Shown here one piece after another: positions 34,585 to 44,232 of a stretch of DNA of 64,000 nt (within the stretch, counting starts at the first letter, position 1; each line of letters starts with the position of its first letter). The stretch comes from an uncultured virus (IMG/VR IMGVR_UViG_2871731064_000001). Its lineage: Duplodnaviria; Heunggongvirae; Uroviricota; Caudoviricetes. The notes below the pieces were generated by a model, which saw only the letters and a program-made list of their open reading frames with translations, was not told the DNA's origin and made no database searches. The translations under genes were made by a program, and so were the position numbers. The DNA is taken from IMG/VR virus record IMGVR_UViG_2871731064_000001; one strand, written 5' to 3'.

Positions 34585-35847
34585 ATGTTCGCGCTGGCCG
34601 ATGCCAATAACTTTTATGCCTCCTGTGAAACCGTGTTCAGGCCCGATCTGCGCGGTAAGCCCATTGTCGTCGTTTCGAACAATGACGGCTGTGTGATCGC
34701 ACGTTCGGCGGAGGCAAAGCGCCTGGGGATCAAGATGGCGGCGCCGCTGTTTCTGAATGAGCGTTTTTTCAGACAGAATGGCGTGCATGTGTTCAGTTCC
34801 AATTACGAGCTGTACGGCGATTTATCTGCACGCATGATGGCCATCCTGGGAGAGATGGCGGCTGGACAGGAGGTTTACTCCATAGATGAGTCATTTCTGG
34901 ACGTCACCGGCATTAGCAATGTGATCCCCCTTGAGACGTTCGGACAGCAGATGCGTGAGCGCGTCCGGCGTGAAACCGGGCTGATTATCGGCGTAGGATT
35001 TGGCCCAACGAAGACGCTGGCCAAATTAGCCAACAATGCTGCGAAGAAATGGACGCAAACAAAAGGCGTGGTTGATCTGTCGAGCCGAACCCGGCAGCGA
35101 AAACTACTGCACCTGACCGACGTCAGCGATATATGGGGTATCGGCCCGCGCATTACCAAGCGCATGTATCAGCTGGGTATCAATACGGCTTTACAGCTTG
35201 CTGACAGCAACATCAGCATGATCCGGAAAAACTTTGACGTCATCGTTGAGCGCACTACCCGCGAGCTCAATGGTGAATCCTGCATTGCACTGGAAGACGC
35301 CCCGCCGCCAAAGCAGAATATTTTAAACTCCAGGTCATTTGGCGAGAGGATCACAGAGCTGGAGGACATGAAGCAGGCCGTCACACTGTATGCCACCCGT
35401 GCAGCAGAAAAGCTGAGAGAGCAACACTCACGTTGCCGTCATATTGGCGTGTCGATCGCCACCGCCAGGCACGGGGATGATCCGCAGTATTCGAATACGG
35501 CTTCCTGTATCTGTGATTACCCCACCAGCGATACACGGGACATTATTGAATCCGCCCTGCGTGGGCTGAGCACCATCTGGCGGGACGGCTACCGGTACGC
35601 CAAAGCTGGCGTAATGCTGGGTGATTTTTATCAATCTGGTGTGGCGCAGTTCGACATGTTCAGTGAGCAGCAGCCGCGGGCAAACGCAGATGCGCTGATG
35701 GCCGCGCTGGATGCTATAAATCGCTCCGGGAAGGGGAAGGTATTCTTCGCAGGACAGGGAGAGCAAGACAGCGCGTGGCAGATGAAGCGTGAAATGCTCT
35801 CGCCTCGATACACCACACGATTAAAAGATATCCCAGCTATAAAGTAG
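34585..35847 (+). CDS. umuC: Y-family DNA polymerase V subunit UmuC
   Basis: DANNFYASCE, SNNDGC, YSIDE, LSPRYTT. Confidence 0.95.
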   Translation: MFALADANNFYASCETVFRPDLRGKPIVVVSNNDGCVIARSAEAKRLGIKMAAPLFLNERFFRQNGVHVFSSNYELYGDLSARMMAILGEMAAGQEVYSIDESFLDVTGISNVIPLETFGQQMRERVRRETGLIIGVGFGPTKTLAKLANNAAKKWTQTKGVVDLSSRTRQRKLLHLTDVSDIWGIGPRITKRMYQLGINTALQLADSNISMIRKNFDVIVERTTRELNGESCIALEDAPPPKQNILNSRSFGERITELEDMKQAVTLYATRAAEKLREQHSRCRHIGVSIATARHGDDPQYSNTASCICDYPTSDTRDIIESALRGLSTIWRDGYRYAKAGVMLGDFYQSGVAQFDMFSEQQPRANADALMAALDAINRSGKGKVFFAGQGEQDSAWQMKREMLSPRYTTRLKDIPAIK

Positions 35848-36122
35848 TGTGATTTTTGGTCGTTATTACGGCAATGAAGCCCTCTTCATCAGATCTTTTC
35901 TTTCTGTTAGTGGTCAACCAATGACCAACTTTAGCAGCGACTTGCAACAGTCCGAAAACGGTATTTTCCCAGTGTTTAAAGGGGATTTAGCACTTTTAGC
36001 TTTGCCAAATCTACTACTGTTACGTAGATTTAGTGGACCGTTGACGAATGTCGTCAACCGACTTGATTGGCTCACATAAACGAGCTGCCTGGTGATACAT
36101 GTATCCCGGCTAAGGTGGAAAA

Positions 36123-36536
36123 ATGTTACATAGCGAAGCAAGAGCGAAAAGCGAACGTTCAATTCACACGATTATGGATAATACCAGTGTGATTGACACG
36201 ATTAAGCCGCGTTCACTGTCCCCTGACACTGTTGAAGTGCGCAGGATGCTTAGCCGTACCCACAATGACAGTCAGCACTTCATCGTAACTTTGGTGAGTG
36301 ACATTCTGCGCGCTAAGGATACAGAGGTCGTTAAACCTTTGGCTGAATTAGCGATACGCAATAATAAAGTGCGCTTTACTGTTAAGCCTAAAAAACAGTA
36401 TCCGGATTTACGCGTTAACGAAGATATTCTTCATTCCATCGAAGATTCTATTGCTTCCTTCATGCATGAGTATTTCAACATGGATGTTGCCGTTAGCGAT
36501 AATATCAGAAATGATAAGAGACCCAGGATGGCATAA
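36123..36536 (+). CDS. Hypothetical AT-rich protein
   Basis: ORF ends 3 nt before the next gene; start may be 36174. Confidence 0.65.
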   Translation: MLHSEARAKSERSIHTIMDNTSVIDTIKPRSLSPDTVEVRRMLSRTHNDSQHFIVTLVSDILRAKDTEVVKPLAELAIRNNKVRFTVKPKKQYPDLRVNEDILHSIEDSIASFMHEYFNMDVAVSDNIRNDKRPRMA

Positions 36537-36539
36537 GGA

Positions 36540-37274
36540 ATGGCACCAACGTTAAATGGTGGAAATTACACTAAAGATTTATCAGTTGCCCCGTCTTTAT
36601 CAGGCGGGGTTTCTATTTTAAGAACTCACGACTTCTTAGTCCCAGACGATGTAGTTGTATACCGTATTGTTGAGGTAGGCTTCAAATTATCTGAATTTGA
36701 TTACTATGCTGAAGTTTACAGGCTAGAGTTTCATTCGCCTGATTTTATTGAAGAGTCTATAGAAAACCTACGTAATGACGGTTTGAGTGATGAAGAAGTT
36801 GCTAAAGAGATCGCGAAGTTCAGAATGGAGGATGACGACAACTTTGTCCTTGTTGCGCGATTTGCTTATGACCATATCACGATTTTAAATCGTAACAATG
36901 CTCCTGTATCAGCTAAGCAGATTCGTGGGGCTTATGTAGATCCTCAGCAGTCTGGAGTAGGCCTTGCTGGCCAAATTTATCGCCAATTTGTTTTAATGCA
37001 CGATTATTTAGTATGCGATAACATACAGACGGAGTTTGGCGCTGCTTTATGGGCTGGAACCATACGAAATGTTGTTGGTCGGGTATACATTTATGATTGT
37101 GCTAACAATAGGTATATTCAGGAACTAGGTGAAAAAGGTATCGGCGTCGGCGGATTTGTACCGTGGGACTTAAACGCTCCGGAACCTTATACTTTTCAGC
37201 TAGGAAGATGGGTGTTATATCCCTTCGAAATAAAAAGCTGTTTACACATAGTACTGGTAGTTTCACGATATTAA
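36540..37274 (+). CDS. Putative GNAT-fold protein
   Basis: QIRGAYVDPQQSGVGLAGQIY resembles acetyl-CoA-binding motif A; D..QT.FGAALW resembles motif B. Confidence 0.55.
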   Translation: MAPTLNGGNYTKDLSVAPSLSGGVSILRTHDFLVPDDVVVYRIVEVGFKLSEFDYYAEVYRLEFHSPDFIEESIENLRNDGLSDEEVAKEIAKFRMEDDDNFVLVARFAYDHITILNRNNAPVSAKQIRGAYVDPQQSGVGLAGQIYRQFVLMHDYLVCDNIQTEFGAALWAGTIRNVVGRVYIYDCANNRYIQELGEKGIGVGGFVPWDLNAPEPYTFQLGRWVLYPFEIKSCLHIVLVVSRY

Positions 37275-37340
37275 ACCCGCCTCGGCGGGTTTATTTTCGT
37301 CTGTTCACAATTACAACTTCTACTGACTACAGTGAACGTT

Positions 37341-37760
37341 TTAACCTATTTGTAGCTGTTCAATCTCTGTCCGCAGCGCGTCGCGTTCCTTCTCTGCGTC
37401 CACCAGCCGCTGTGAGAGCATCATCAGACCATTGTGGTGTGAGTACGCCGTCAGTTGGGCTTCTGCTTCCTCCAGCTGCGCCTGCTGCGCGATCCACTGC
37501 TCCGCGTGCTTTCTTGTCAGCGCCTCGATAAACATTTCCGCTGCAGCGTCGGGGTCGCCTTCAAACGTCACCCCGCCCTTATTCACTGTAAGCTGCGCCC
37601 GCGTGCCGCCTGTTGCGCAGAACGTTAACACCAGCGGCGCCGGGGCGATCGGCAGAGAAAATGCTGCGCCGGCGATTAACGTTAATTTGCCGGCGTTGAA
37701 TGTGTCGGGCAATGCGGCCGCATCGTTGGAAGTGCTGTTTAAGTCGGTTGGTGTGGTCAT
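37341..37760 (-). CDS. Hypothetical phage protein with a coiled-coil C-terminus
   Basis: GAGG RBS before the ATG at 37760. Confidence 0.6.
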   Translation of the reverse strand: MTTPTDLNSTSNDAAALPDTFNAGKLTLIAGAAFSLPIAPAPLVLTFCATGGTRAQLTVNKGGVTFEGDPDAAAEMFIEALTRKHAEQWIAQQAQLEEAEAQLTAYSHHNGLMMLSQRLVDAEKERDALRTEIEQLQIG

Positions 37761-38178
37761 GCTGGTGGCCTCTGAGTCAGTGTGACGGCCAGGATAAGCG
37801 GTTTGTGATATGCGTAACGGTGTGATTTGTCCTCTGCCCTGTAAGCTGCTATCAGCAGACAGGCATGCACCTTTCTGCATATCAGATGGACTTCCCTGCG
37901 ATACGATTTGCCTGCCCTGTGCAGGCTTTTTTATGTCTGTTTATGTGAGGTGGCGAGAAAATTAGCTTTCTGAAGCTGGTTTGTCGGGCTGACACAGCTA
38001 CAGTTAATCCCGTTCTACAGAGAACCCCATAACCCACACGTTATGAGAAACCTCAATCAATCTCTTTGAGTCCGTTAGCCTGCCATGCGCAGGCTTTTTT
38101 TTGCATAGCGCGATGTGCCGGATAAGGGGTAGTAAGGCATTAAAAAGCCCGCGTGATGCGGGCTGTTAGTATTGCGGG

Positions 38179-39255
38179 CTATGCGTCGTTGCCTGCGGTA
38201 CGGAGCGCTTTTTCTCTGCGCCGCCTCGCAATCTTCTGTCCGATTGGCTCAATATAACGGTAGCTAAGCCAGCCCAGCAGCAGCGCCAGCAGGACGTTAC
38301 ACACGAAGAACGTCATACCCTGATCCGTGAACGCCTTTGCTAACCGGGCTTTGGTCACAATGTGGATCAGGTATACAGAGAAAGAAATATCCCCCAGGAA
38401 TACCAGCCAGCGCGGCGTGATGCGCCCTAACCAGCTGTCGTTGAACGCCACAGCGGCCAGCAGCAGTGCCAGTACGGTACCGGAAGCCATCAGGCCATGC
38501 CCTATATTCTGGTAGCTGAAAATGTGTTGCACAAACAGGGCAACTGCAGCCAGCAGGAACGGCACCCGCATGGCAACCGGCAGGCGCGCCATGTGCGGGT
38601 AAACCAGACCAATCAGAACGCCTGCAGCGAACTGCCAGATAATCGGGTTCGTCATCAGGTTCAGGTAGGCGTAGCCCATGTCATAACCTTCCACCAGCAG
38701 CGTCGGCTGGTGGCCTGCTGCCATCGGTACTGCCACCAGCACCGCGCCCAGCATTGCGGCCAGCGCCACCCAGCGTGCGCGGACCAGCAGGCAGACGGCC
38801 ATCATCAGGTAAAACAGAAACTCATAGTTGAGCGTCCAGCGCACGCCCATAAACCCGTTGTCGTCCACGTAAAACGGCGCGTGCTGTGGCAGGTAAACAG
38901 ATAGCGTCGCCGCGCTAATCACCGCCTGCGTCTTATCAGCATAGTGAAATGTCGCCATTCCTCCGCTTAAGAAAAAGTTGATCAGCAGCAGAATGAAGTA
39001 GGCGGGCAGCAGGCGCAGCGCACGGCGCTTCAGGAAGTCGCCTGCTGCAGCAAATCCGGTACCCATGCGCGATACAGAGAGTGTGATAACAAAGCCACTG
39101 AGGATGAAAAACAGATCCACACCAACAATGCCGGTTGAAAGCAGTTTGGTTAATGCCGGGTACTGCTCCTGTATCTGGTAGCGGAAATGGAAGGTAACGA
39201 CGGCGAGGCAGGCAAGCCCGCGCAGCGCCTGAATAGATTTGAGTTGTTGTGTCAT
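38179..39255 (-). CDS. Acyltransferase-3 family (OafA/Oac-like) membrane protein
   Basis: IQALRGLA.L.V..FH, GVDLFFILSGF, RRALRL.P, WTL.YE..FY and GDISFSVYL.H motifs. Confidence 0.92.
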   Translation of the reverse strand: MTQQLKSIQALRGLACLAVVTFHFRYQIQEQYPALTKLLSTGIVGVDLFFILSGFVITLSVSRMGTGFAAAGDFLKRRALRLLPAYFILLLINFFLSGGMATFHYADKTQAVISAATLSVYLPQHAPFYVDDNGFMGVRWTLNYEFLFYLMMAVCLLVRARWVALAAMLGAVLVAVPMAAGHQPTLLVEGYDMGYAYLNLMTNPIIWQFAAGVLIGLVYPHMARLPVAMRVPFLLAAVALFVQHIFSYQNIGHGLMASGTVLALLLAAVAFNDSWLGRITPRWLVFLGDISFSVYLIHIVTKARLAKAFTDQGMTFFVCNVLLALLLGWLSYRYIEPIGQKIARRRREKALRTAGNDA

Positions 39256-39435
39256 AAGTCCGTTTGAAAATCGTCTGTATAGCGTAAAGAAGGGCGCATT
39301 CTAGGGATGCTGGCGGCTTAGGGCAACCGCCAGGCAGGCGCGTGGAACGCCTGTTTTAAGTGGATCTTTTATTCCTGCGGGCTGGTGGTGCCGGTACTGC
39401 AAGTAATTGACCGCTTATCCACGAGCCGCGTCAGA

Positions 39436-39879
39436 TCATGCGCTGGCTACGTCATCGCGTAAAAACGTGTCGCTGCATTTACTGCAATACCACTGCCTGT
39501 TGTAGTTCTCACGCGCCCTGCGCCGGTTATGCCGGTTGAGGTGCGCCACCAGCGCGGTTATCAGCAATGCGATGATTAAACCTGCTATTACCGAACCTGC
39601 GACTGTGGTTGCCGGTATATCAAGTATCAGCCAGGCAGACAGGAGGAACGAGCCGACAAACGTAAGCACCTCCAGCTTTCCGCCAGCTGGTGCATTACGC
39701 GAAGCAGCAACCGACTGACGCGTTGATCTGCCCTGTCGCCTGCTTCCACCCGATCCGCGATTCGATATCCACCCTGTGTGGCTGACACTGCGCGTGTTGG
39801 AGGTTCCCTGCTCATAGACCGCCCTGCTGCTCTTAACGCTTGCTGAGCCGCAGTGCGGACATTTAATCCTGATTTCCAT
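39436..39879 (-). CDS. 2-TM protein with a split zinc ribbon
   Basis: CPHCGS at the N-terminus and WYCSKC at the C-terminus, with two TM helices between. Confidence 0.7.
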   Translation of the reverse strand: MEIRIKCPHCGSASVKSSRAVYEQGTSNTRSVSHTGWISNRGSGGSRRQGRSTRQSVAASRNAPAGGKLEVLTFVGSFLLSAWLILDIPATTVAGSVIAGLIIALLITALVAHLNRHNRRRARENYNRQWYCSKCSDTFLRDDVASA

Positions 39880-39931
39880 TTTCTGCCGTTCTGATTTGCT
39901 TAAATTGATAACCGGCCACCAGCCGGATAAA

Positions 39932-40762
39932 TTAATAATGGTAAACATCACCAACTAACGGAGGCCCCTGCACAGTAACCTTATTCCTAGACTCCCTCGG
40001 CTCAAATATTGACCCTCCGAATATTGCATCAAACTTGGCTTTAGTATCCGCCAGATATTCCAAAATAATTTCCAGCAACTCCCTAAAGGTGTTACAGCGG
40101 TAATCAATGCCTGGTGCTATCTGCGTGAGTACTTTCGCTTTAAACTCTTCAAGGTTATTTGGAATATCTCCCTGATCTCTCATGAACGGACTATATGATG
40201 GAGCATTCATCATAGCCAGGACCATAACTAACATGCCTCGTTCTCGGTCTAGTTGATTAAATTCCTCTTGAGCTTGAGGGCTAAGTTTGGCGTATTCTTG
40301 GTCCCGCTTACCGTTCATCGGTTCTACGTATTGAAGAGGCTCATCCGCTGCATCGCCAATACGCGGACAAAAGTACCTTCTCCACCAAGCCTCAAAATAT
40401 CTTTGCTGAAACTCCAGATAGGTCATCCCGATAATATTGGTATTTTTGGTGTATCGCTTTGCTCCCTGCTGAAGGCCGTGCTTTGAAATAATAAACCCAA
40501 CATTAGCGCCGGTTTCGTGCATTACTGTAGTGAACGAATGAACCACCGACTGAGGAATGTTATTGCTCCAATTTTTGCACTCCACGATATATGTAATTTT
40601 ATCTAAGCTACGAATATCTGTCGCAAGTACATCCACATTGACCGAACCTCGTGGGGTTTCTAAATCAACTTCTACCTCTGCATTCAAACCGAGGTTTCGA
40701 AAAATACGTTGAACACCGAACTGAAGGTCTTGCCAGCTTGCTGGTAGCGGATCATCGATCAC
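39932..40762 (-). CDS. Mrr-like PD-(D/E)XK restriction endonuclease domain protein
   Basis: VDVLA…IVECKNW…V…G.IIS..G.Q.GA. Confidence 0.8.
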   Translation of the reverse strand: MIDDPLPASWQDLQFGVQRIFRNLGLNAEVEVDLETPRGSVNVDVLATDIRSLDKITYIVECKNWSNNIPQSVVHSFTTVMHETGANVGFIISKHGLQQGAKRYTKNTNIIGMTYLEFQQRYFEAWWRRYFCPRIGDAADEPLQYVEPMNGKRDQEYAKLSPQAQEEFNQLDRERGMLVMVLAMMNAPSYSPFMRDQGDIPNNLEEFKAKVLTQIAPGIDYRCNTFRELLEIILEYLADTKAKFDAIFGGSIFEPRESRNKVTVQGPPLVGDVYHY

Positions 40763-40996
40763 TTTTTACATTCCTAAGCACTCATCCTAATCAGTTAAAA
40801 ATACTGGAGAATATGAAAGACGTCCATTGAGAGCGAATGGCTAAGGTGCGTATCAGCCGTAGAACATTAGTTCAGCTGCCATCCGGCAATTTGCGAGCGT
40901 GGATAATGCCGCATTTAGTGGCGAGATAGTCATGAACTTCACTGTCCGGCCAGCCCTCAAAAGATAGCCAGCCGTACTTACTTAGCCGGTCGTCCA

Positions 40997-41431
40997 TCAG
41001 CGCCCGGATGCCGGATTTTTGCTGGTGGCCAGCGCGGAGGTTTTCGACGGCTTACGCATGATATAAGTCGGAAATTCTATGCTTGCCGCCTTATCGTGAA
41101 ACAGCGCCATCGTGTGCGCCTCTGCGCCACCACCAGCGGCGATCTCGACATTCCCTGCCGGTTGTCCGTAAATATCGCTGAACTGCTCTGCAAGCGCCTG
41201 AGCGACGCTGTAGCAGGCAGAGTTTAAATCGGTACTGCCATCAGGCTGCTGCTCCATTTTGAAGCCGTGCGCCAGAAACAGCGCCCTGATTTCCTGTTTA
41301 ATCACTGGTGTTCTTATCCTGTTGCTGACACACGGGCTAACTATTCCACTCGTTACGAAAGCGTATCTCTTCCCTGGTAGGTGTATAGGGAATAGCTTCC
41401 TCATAAATCTGGATAGCCATCTGCGCACCAA
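40997..41431 (-). CDS. Hypothetical phage protein (start uncertain)
   Basis: IRALFLAHGFK….PDG..DL. Confidence 0.5.
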   Translation of the reverse strand: MVRRWLSRFMRKLFPIHLPGKRYAFVTSGIVSPCVSNRIRTPVIKQEIRALFLAHGFKMEQQPDGSTDLNSACYSVAQALAEQFSDIYGQPAGNVEIAAGGGAEAHTMALFHDKAASIEFPTYIMRKPSKTSALATSKNPASGR

Positions 41432-41810
41432 GTTTCTCTAAGTGCTTAATTTCATCAGCCCAAAAAAAACCGGCTTGAGACTCTTCGGTTGTATAGAGCG
41501 GATCCATAATGCCGAACCTTCCCGTGCTACGTTCTTGCGTCCGCCACGTCTTATCCCGATGGTTGTATACCCGGAAAAATGTATTCTTCACCGCTATATT
41601 TTCAGACAGCTGCGCGTGTTCATCTGCCGACTGGCAAACATCATTTAGATGATGCTGAATCCATTCTGACAGTTTCATCCCTTCCCGCTGCGCCTGCGCG
41701 ACGTACCGGTTCTTAACTTCGGGAATGACGCGCATCTGAATCTGAGCCGTCGCAGGGGCGGCTCCTTTAACTGAATTTAAAGCCCGTGGGTCGCGTGCTT
41801 TATCGGTCAT
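41337..41810 (-). CDS. Protein with an N-terminal RHH-like DNA-binding domain
   Basis: IQMRV.PE.K.RY…AQREGMKLSEWI…LN. Confidence 0.65.
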   Translation of the reverse strand: MTDKARDPRALNSVKGAAPATAQIQMRVIPEVKNRYVAQAQREGMKLSEWIQHHLNDVCQSADEHAQLSENIAVKNTFFRVYNHRDKTWRTQERSTGRFGIMDPLYTTEESQAGFFWADEIKHLEKLGAQMAIQIYEEAIPYTPTREEIRFRNEWNS

Positions 41811-41812
41811 AA

Positions 41813-42493
41813 TTAGCCTCGGTTAACTGCCCCTTCTGCCGGGGCATATTTGTCGTAAACATCGGTGAAATACTCATTACAGAATCCCAGCGCGCAATCC
41901 ATTTCCTGTAACGCCGTCAGCGCATCAAGCGGGCTGCCGTCATATTCAAACAGTGAGAACTCATACGGCAGGTCAAACCGCGCTGCTGTGATGTACACCA
42001 TAAACGGCAGGTTATATTCCTCGGCCTTTTCACCCATGATCATGGTCCACTCAAACGCGAACTGATATTCGCCTTCCGTGTCTGTCATGGTGGCCGTACC
42101 GGTGACGGTATCCGCAGTGTGTGAAGTCACTACGATCTGCTGAGGGTCCCACCAGTCCAGCTCAAACATATTGCTGAGCGTCATTCTGTGCGCCGGTGCA
42201 GTACCCGGACGCCAGCCTGATTTGAGGATGAAGTCGATGTGATCGCGGTAGCCCAGGTTGATCTCTTCAAAAGTGTGCTCATCGCCACTGTAGCCAAAGC
42301 AGAGGTGATTACGCAGCCAGACAACGGTCGCCAGGTCTGTGCAGTTGGTAGCCACCAGCTCGTAATTGGTTTTGATATCCGCGTAGGCTTCTGCCGCGAT
42401 AAAGCCAGGCTGCTGGCTCTGCTTAATTGCGCCGGTCAGGGTGTAAGACATGTGCTGGAGCGCAGCGGTGGCAGTCATTGGAGAGATATTCAT
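41813..42493 (-). CDS. Hypothetical phage protein
   Basis: 226-aa ORF; AAGGA RBS. Confidence 0.65.
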   Translation of the reverse strand: MNISPMTATAALQHMSYTLTGAIKQSQQPGFIAAEAYADIKTNYELVATNCTDLATVVWLRNHLCFGYSGDEHTFEEINLGYRDHIDFILKSGWRPGTAPAHRMTLSNMFELDWWDPQQIVVTSHTADTVTGTATMTDTEGEYQFAFEWTMIMGEKAEEYNLPFMVYITAARFDLPYEFSLFEYDGSPLDALTALQEMDCALGFCNEYFTDVYDKYAPAEGAVNRG

Positions 42494-42662
42494 AACAGTA
42501 TTCCTTAGTGCCTGGATCCGCCAGGGCGGTGGCGCTAAAGCAACGCCATGACGTGCAAGATACAGATCATGATTTTGATTGTCAATACAATCAAAATGAG
42601 TTACTCTTCTTTTCGTTGACGAGCGTCAACACGGAGAGTAAAATTAAAATTGTCGGAGGCGA

Positions 42663-42887
42663 ATGAAGAAACATCCGAACAAGCATATTCAAGCAGCCAT
42701 TGAATATGCGCTGGAGAGAGGCTGGGTTTGGGTTCCACCGGGCGATTCAGCCCACTGCTTTTGTAAGCTGCGGTGCGGGAATCCAGAAGATGAGCACCGG
42801 GATCATCAAATGAGTGTGTGGTCTACTCCGAAAAACCCGGAGAATCACGCCAAGCAAATTAAGCGGAAGGTAGGTCACTGCCCTTGA
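42663..42887 (+). CDS. HicA-like small protein, putative toxin
   Basis: A…GW……SAH…L.C…SVWSTP; GGAGG RBS; TTGACG…TAAAAT promoter. Confidence 0.55.
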   Translation: MKKHPNKHIQAAIEYALERGWVWVPPGDSAHCFCKLRCGNPEDEHRDHQMSVWSTPKNPENHAKQIKRKVGHCP

Positions 42888-42958
42888 TTTTGCCCGGTAA
42901 AGAGTGGTTAACGCCACTCTTTACCGAGTCACAAAACTAACGAAAATGAAGAGGTATT

Positions 42959-43516
42959 ATGGCGCTTTATAACTTCACTCTGACACTCTCAGGCGTAACG
43001 TATGAGACAGAAGGACTGGAAGATGCGCTGTTTGAAAGCGGCTGTGACGATGCGATGATTTGCGCGTATGGCCGTTCTGTTTATCTGGAATTTGATCGTG
43101 AAGCGGACTCGCTGGACGTTGCGATTGCATCAGCAATTGATAACGTGGAGTCTGCCGGTATTGGCGCTACAGTGACGTCTGTGGATTCTGCGCTAGTCGG
43201 CTTAAGCGACATTGCGGAAATTACCGAAATGTCCCGCCAGGCAATTGCTATGCTCAAAGACGGCACACGCGGCACTGGCGATTTCCCCTGCCCGATTCAG
43301 CGCATAAAAGGCCAGTCACCGCTTTGGGATTGGGCCGACGTTGCACAATGGCTGGCAGAGAATGGGCGAATTAAAGCAGGCAGTGAACTGGCGGCTAACG
43401 CCCGTACACTCAGTAAGTGGAACCTGGCGCTAAGAGCCAGCGCCTCAAAGGACTTTGCAGAAGTGGAGTCTATCGCCAACAAATTAATCGAACGTCGAAA
43501 CGCTGCTCACGCCTGA
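42959..43516 (+). CDS. HTH (AlpA-like) DNA-binding protein, putative antitoxin
   Basis: LVGLSDIAE…SRQAI…FP.P…LW.W.DV..W; acidic N-terminal domain. Confidence 0.6.
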   Translation: MALYNFTLTLSGVTYETEGLEDALFESGCDDAMICAYGRSVYLEFDREADSLDVAIASAIDNVESAGIGATVTSVDSALVGLSDIAEITEMSRQAIAMLKDGTRGTGDFPCPIQRIKGQSPLWDWADVAQWLAENGRIKAGSELAANARTLSKWNLALRASASKDFAEVESIANKLIERRNAAHA

Positions 43517-43574
43517 ATACTCAATTGTCGCTGGTGGCGCACCATGTGAGCGCGCACGTCAGCGATAATGATGA

Positions 43575-43868
43575 TCACCGGGTGCCGGTCAGCACCAACT
43601 GTTTCACCTCATAAATTGCCTCTTCGGCCCAGTCACGGTCAAAACCCGGCATAGTGTCAAATGCGTCAGCGATATCAGCCGGGATCGCGTCGATATACTC
43701 AAGCCCTGCCTTTGCCACTTCCACAAGCTCCAAACCGGAACGGCGTAACGCCAGCAGCTCTCTGGCCATCATCTGCGTCAGCGCATGATTAGGCGCAAAT
43801 GCCAGGTTGTTCTGCGGTTCAGCGGCGAACATTTCCAGCTCTTTATCAGTGAGACGATCGTTGATCAT
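43575..43868 (-). CDS. Hypothetical protein with an Ead/Eaa-like motif
   Basis: MARELLALR motif. Confidence 0.6.
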   Translation of the reverse strand: MINDRLTDKELEMFAAEPQNNLAFAPNHALTQMMARELLALRRSGLELVEVAKAGLEYIDAIPADIADAFDTMPGFDRDWAEEAIYEVKQLVLTGTR

Positions 43869-43878
43869 GGCGGCTTCC

Positions 43879-44232
43879 TCAGCTCTCTGTGGCGATCAAT
43901 TTTATTGCTGGCTCGAAGTCAGCAGGCATTGTATGACCCTCAATGAACGCCAGGCGCATAGCGATGTTATGACGGCCGCGGGATAGCAAAAATGCCACGG
44001 CGCCGGCGCAGTGCGCTTCTTTCCCGGACGGGCTGTAAATCTCGCCGTGTTCGTCCTCTTCTTCGCCAGTGCGGTGCGTAGTTTTATGGCAATAGAATGA
44101 TGAGTAGTCATCTCGCAACAGGTGCGCTTTGATGCCCTCAAGGCGTCCGGGATTCAGCTCGATGCCACCAACTTTCAGGAACGGGCAGTTCGCGCAGGGC
44201 GCTTTGAGTCGGAAGAACTTGCGCAGGTTCAT
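43879..44232 (-). CDS. Hypothetical Cys-rich phage protein
   Basis: PC.NCPF, F.CHKT, HCAGA. Confidence 0.7.
   Translation of the reverse strand: MNLRKFFRLKAPCANCPFLKVGGIELNPGRLEGIKAHLLRDDYSSFYCHKTTHRTGEEEDEHGEIYSPSGKEAHCAGAVAFLLSRGRHNIAMRLAFIEGHTMPADFEPAIKLIATES

Noticed and set aside
37308..37330. CAATTACA resembling the late-promoter motif
   Set aside because: Mismatch, wrong spacing to any -10 hexamer, and no downstream plus-strand gene
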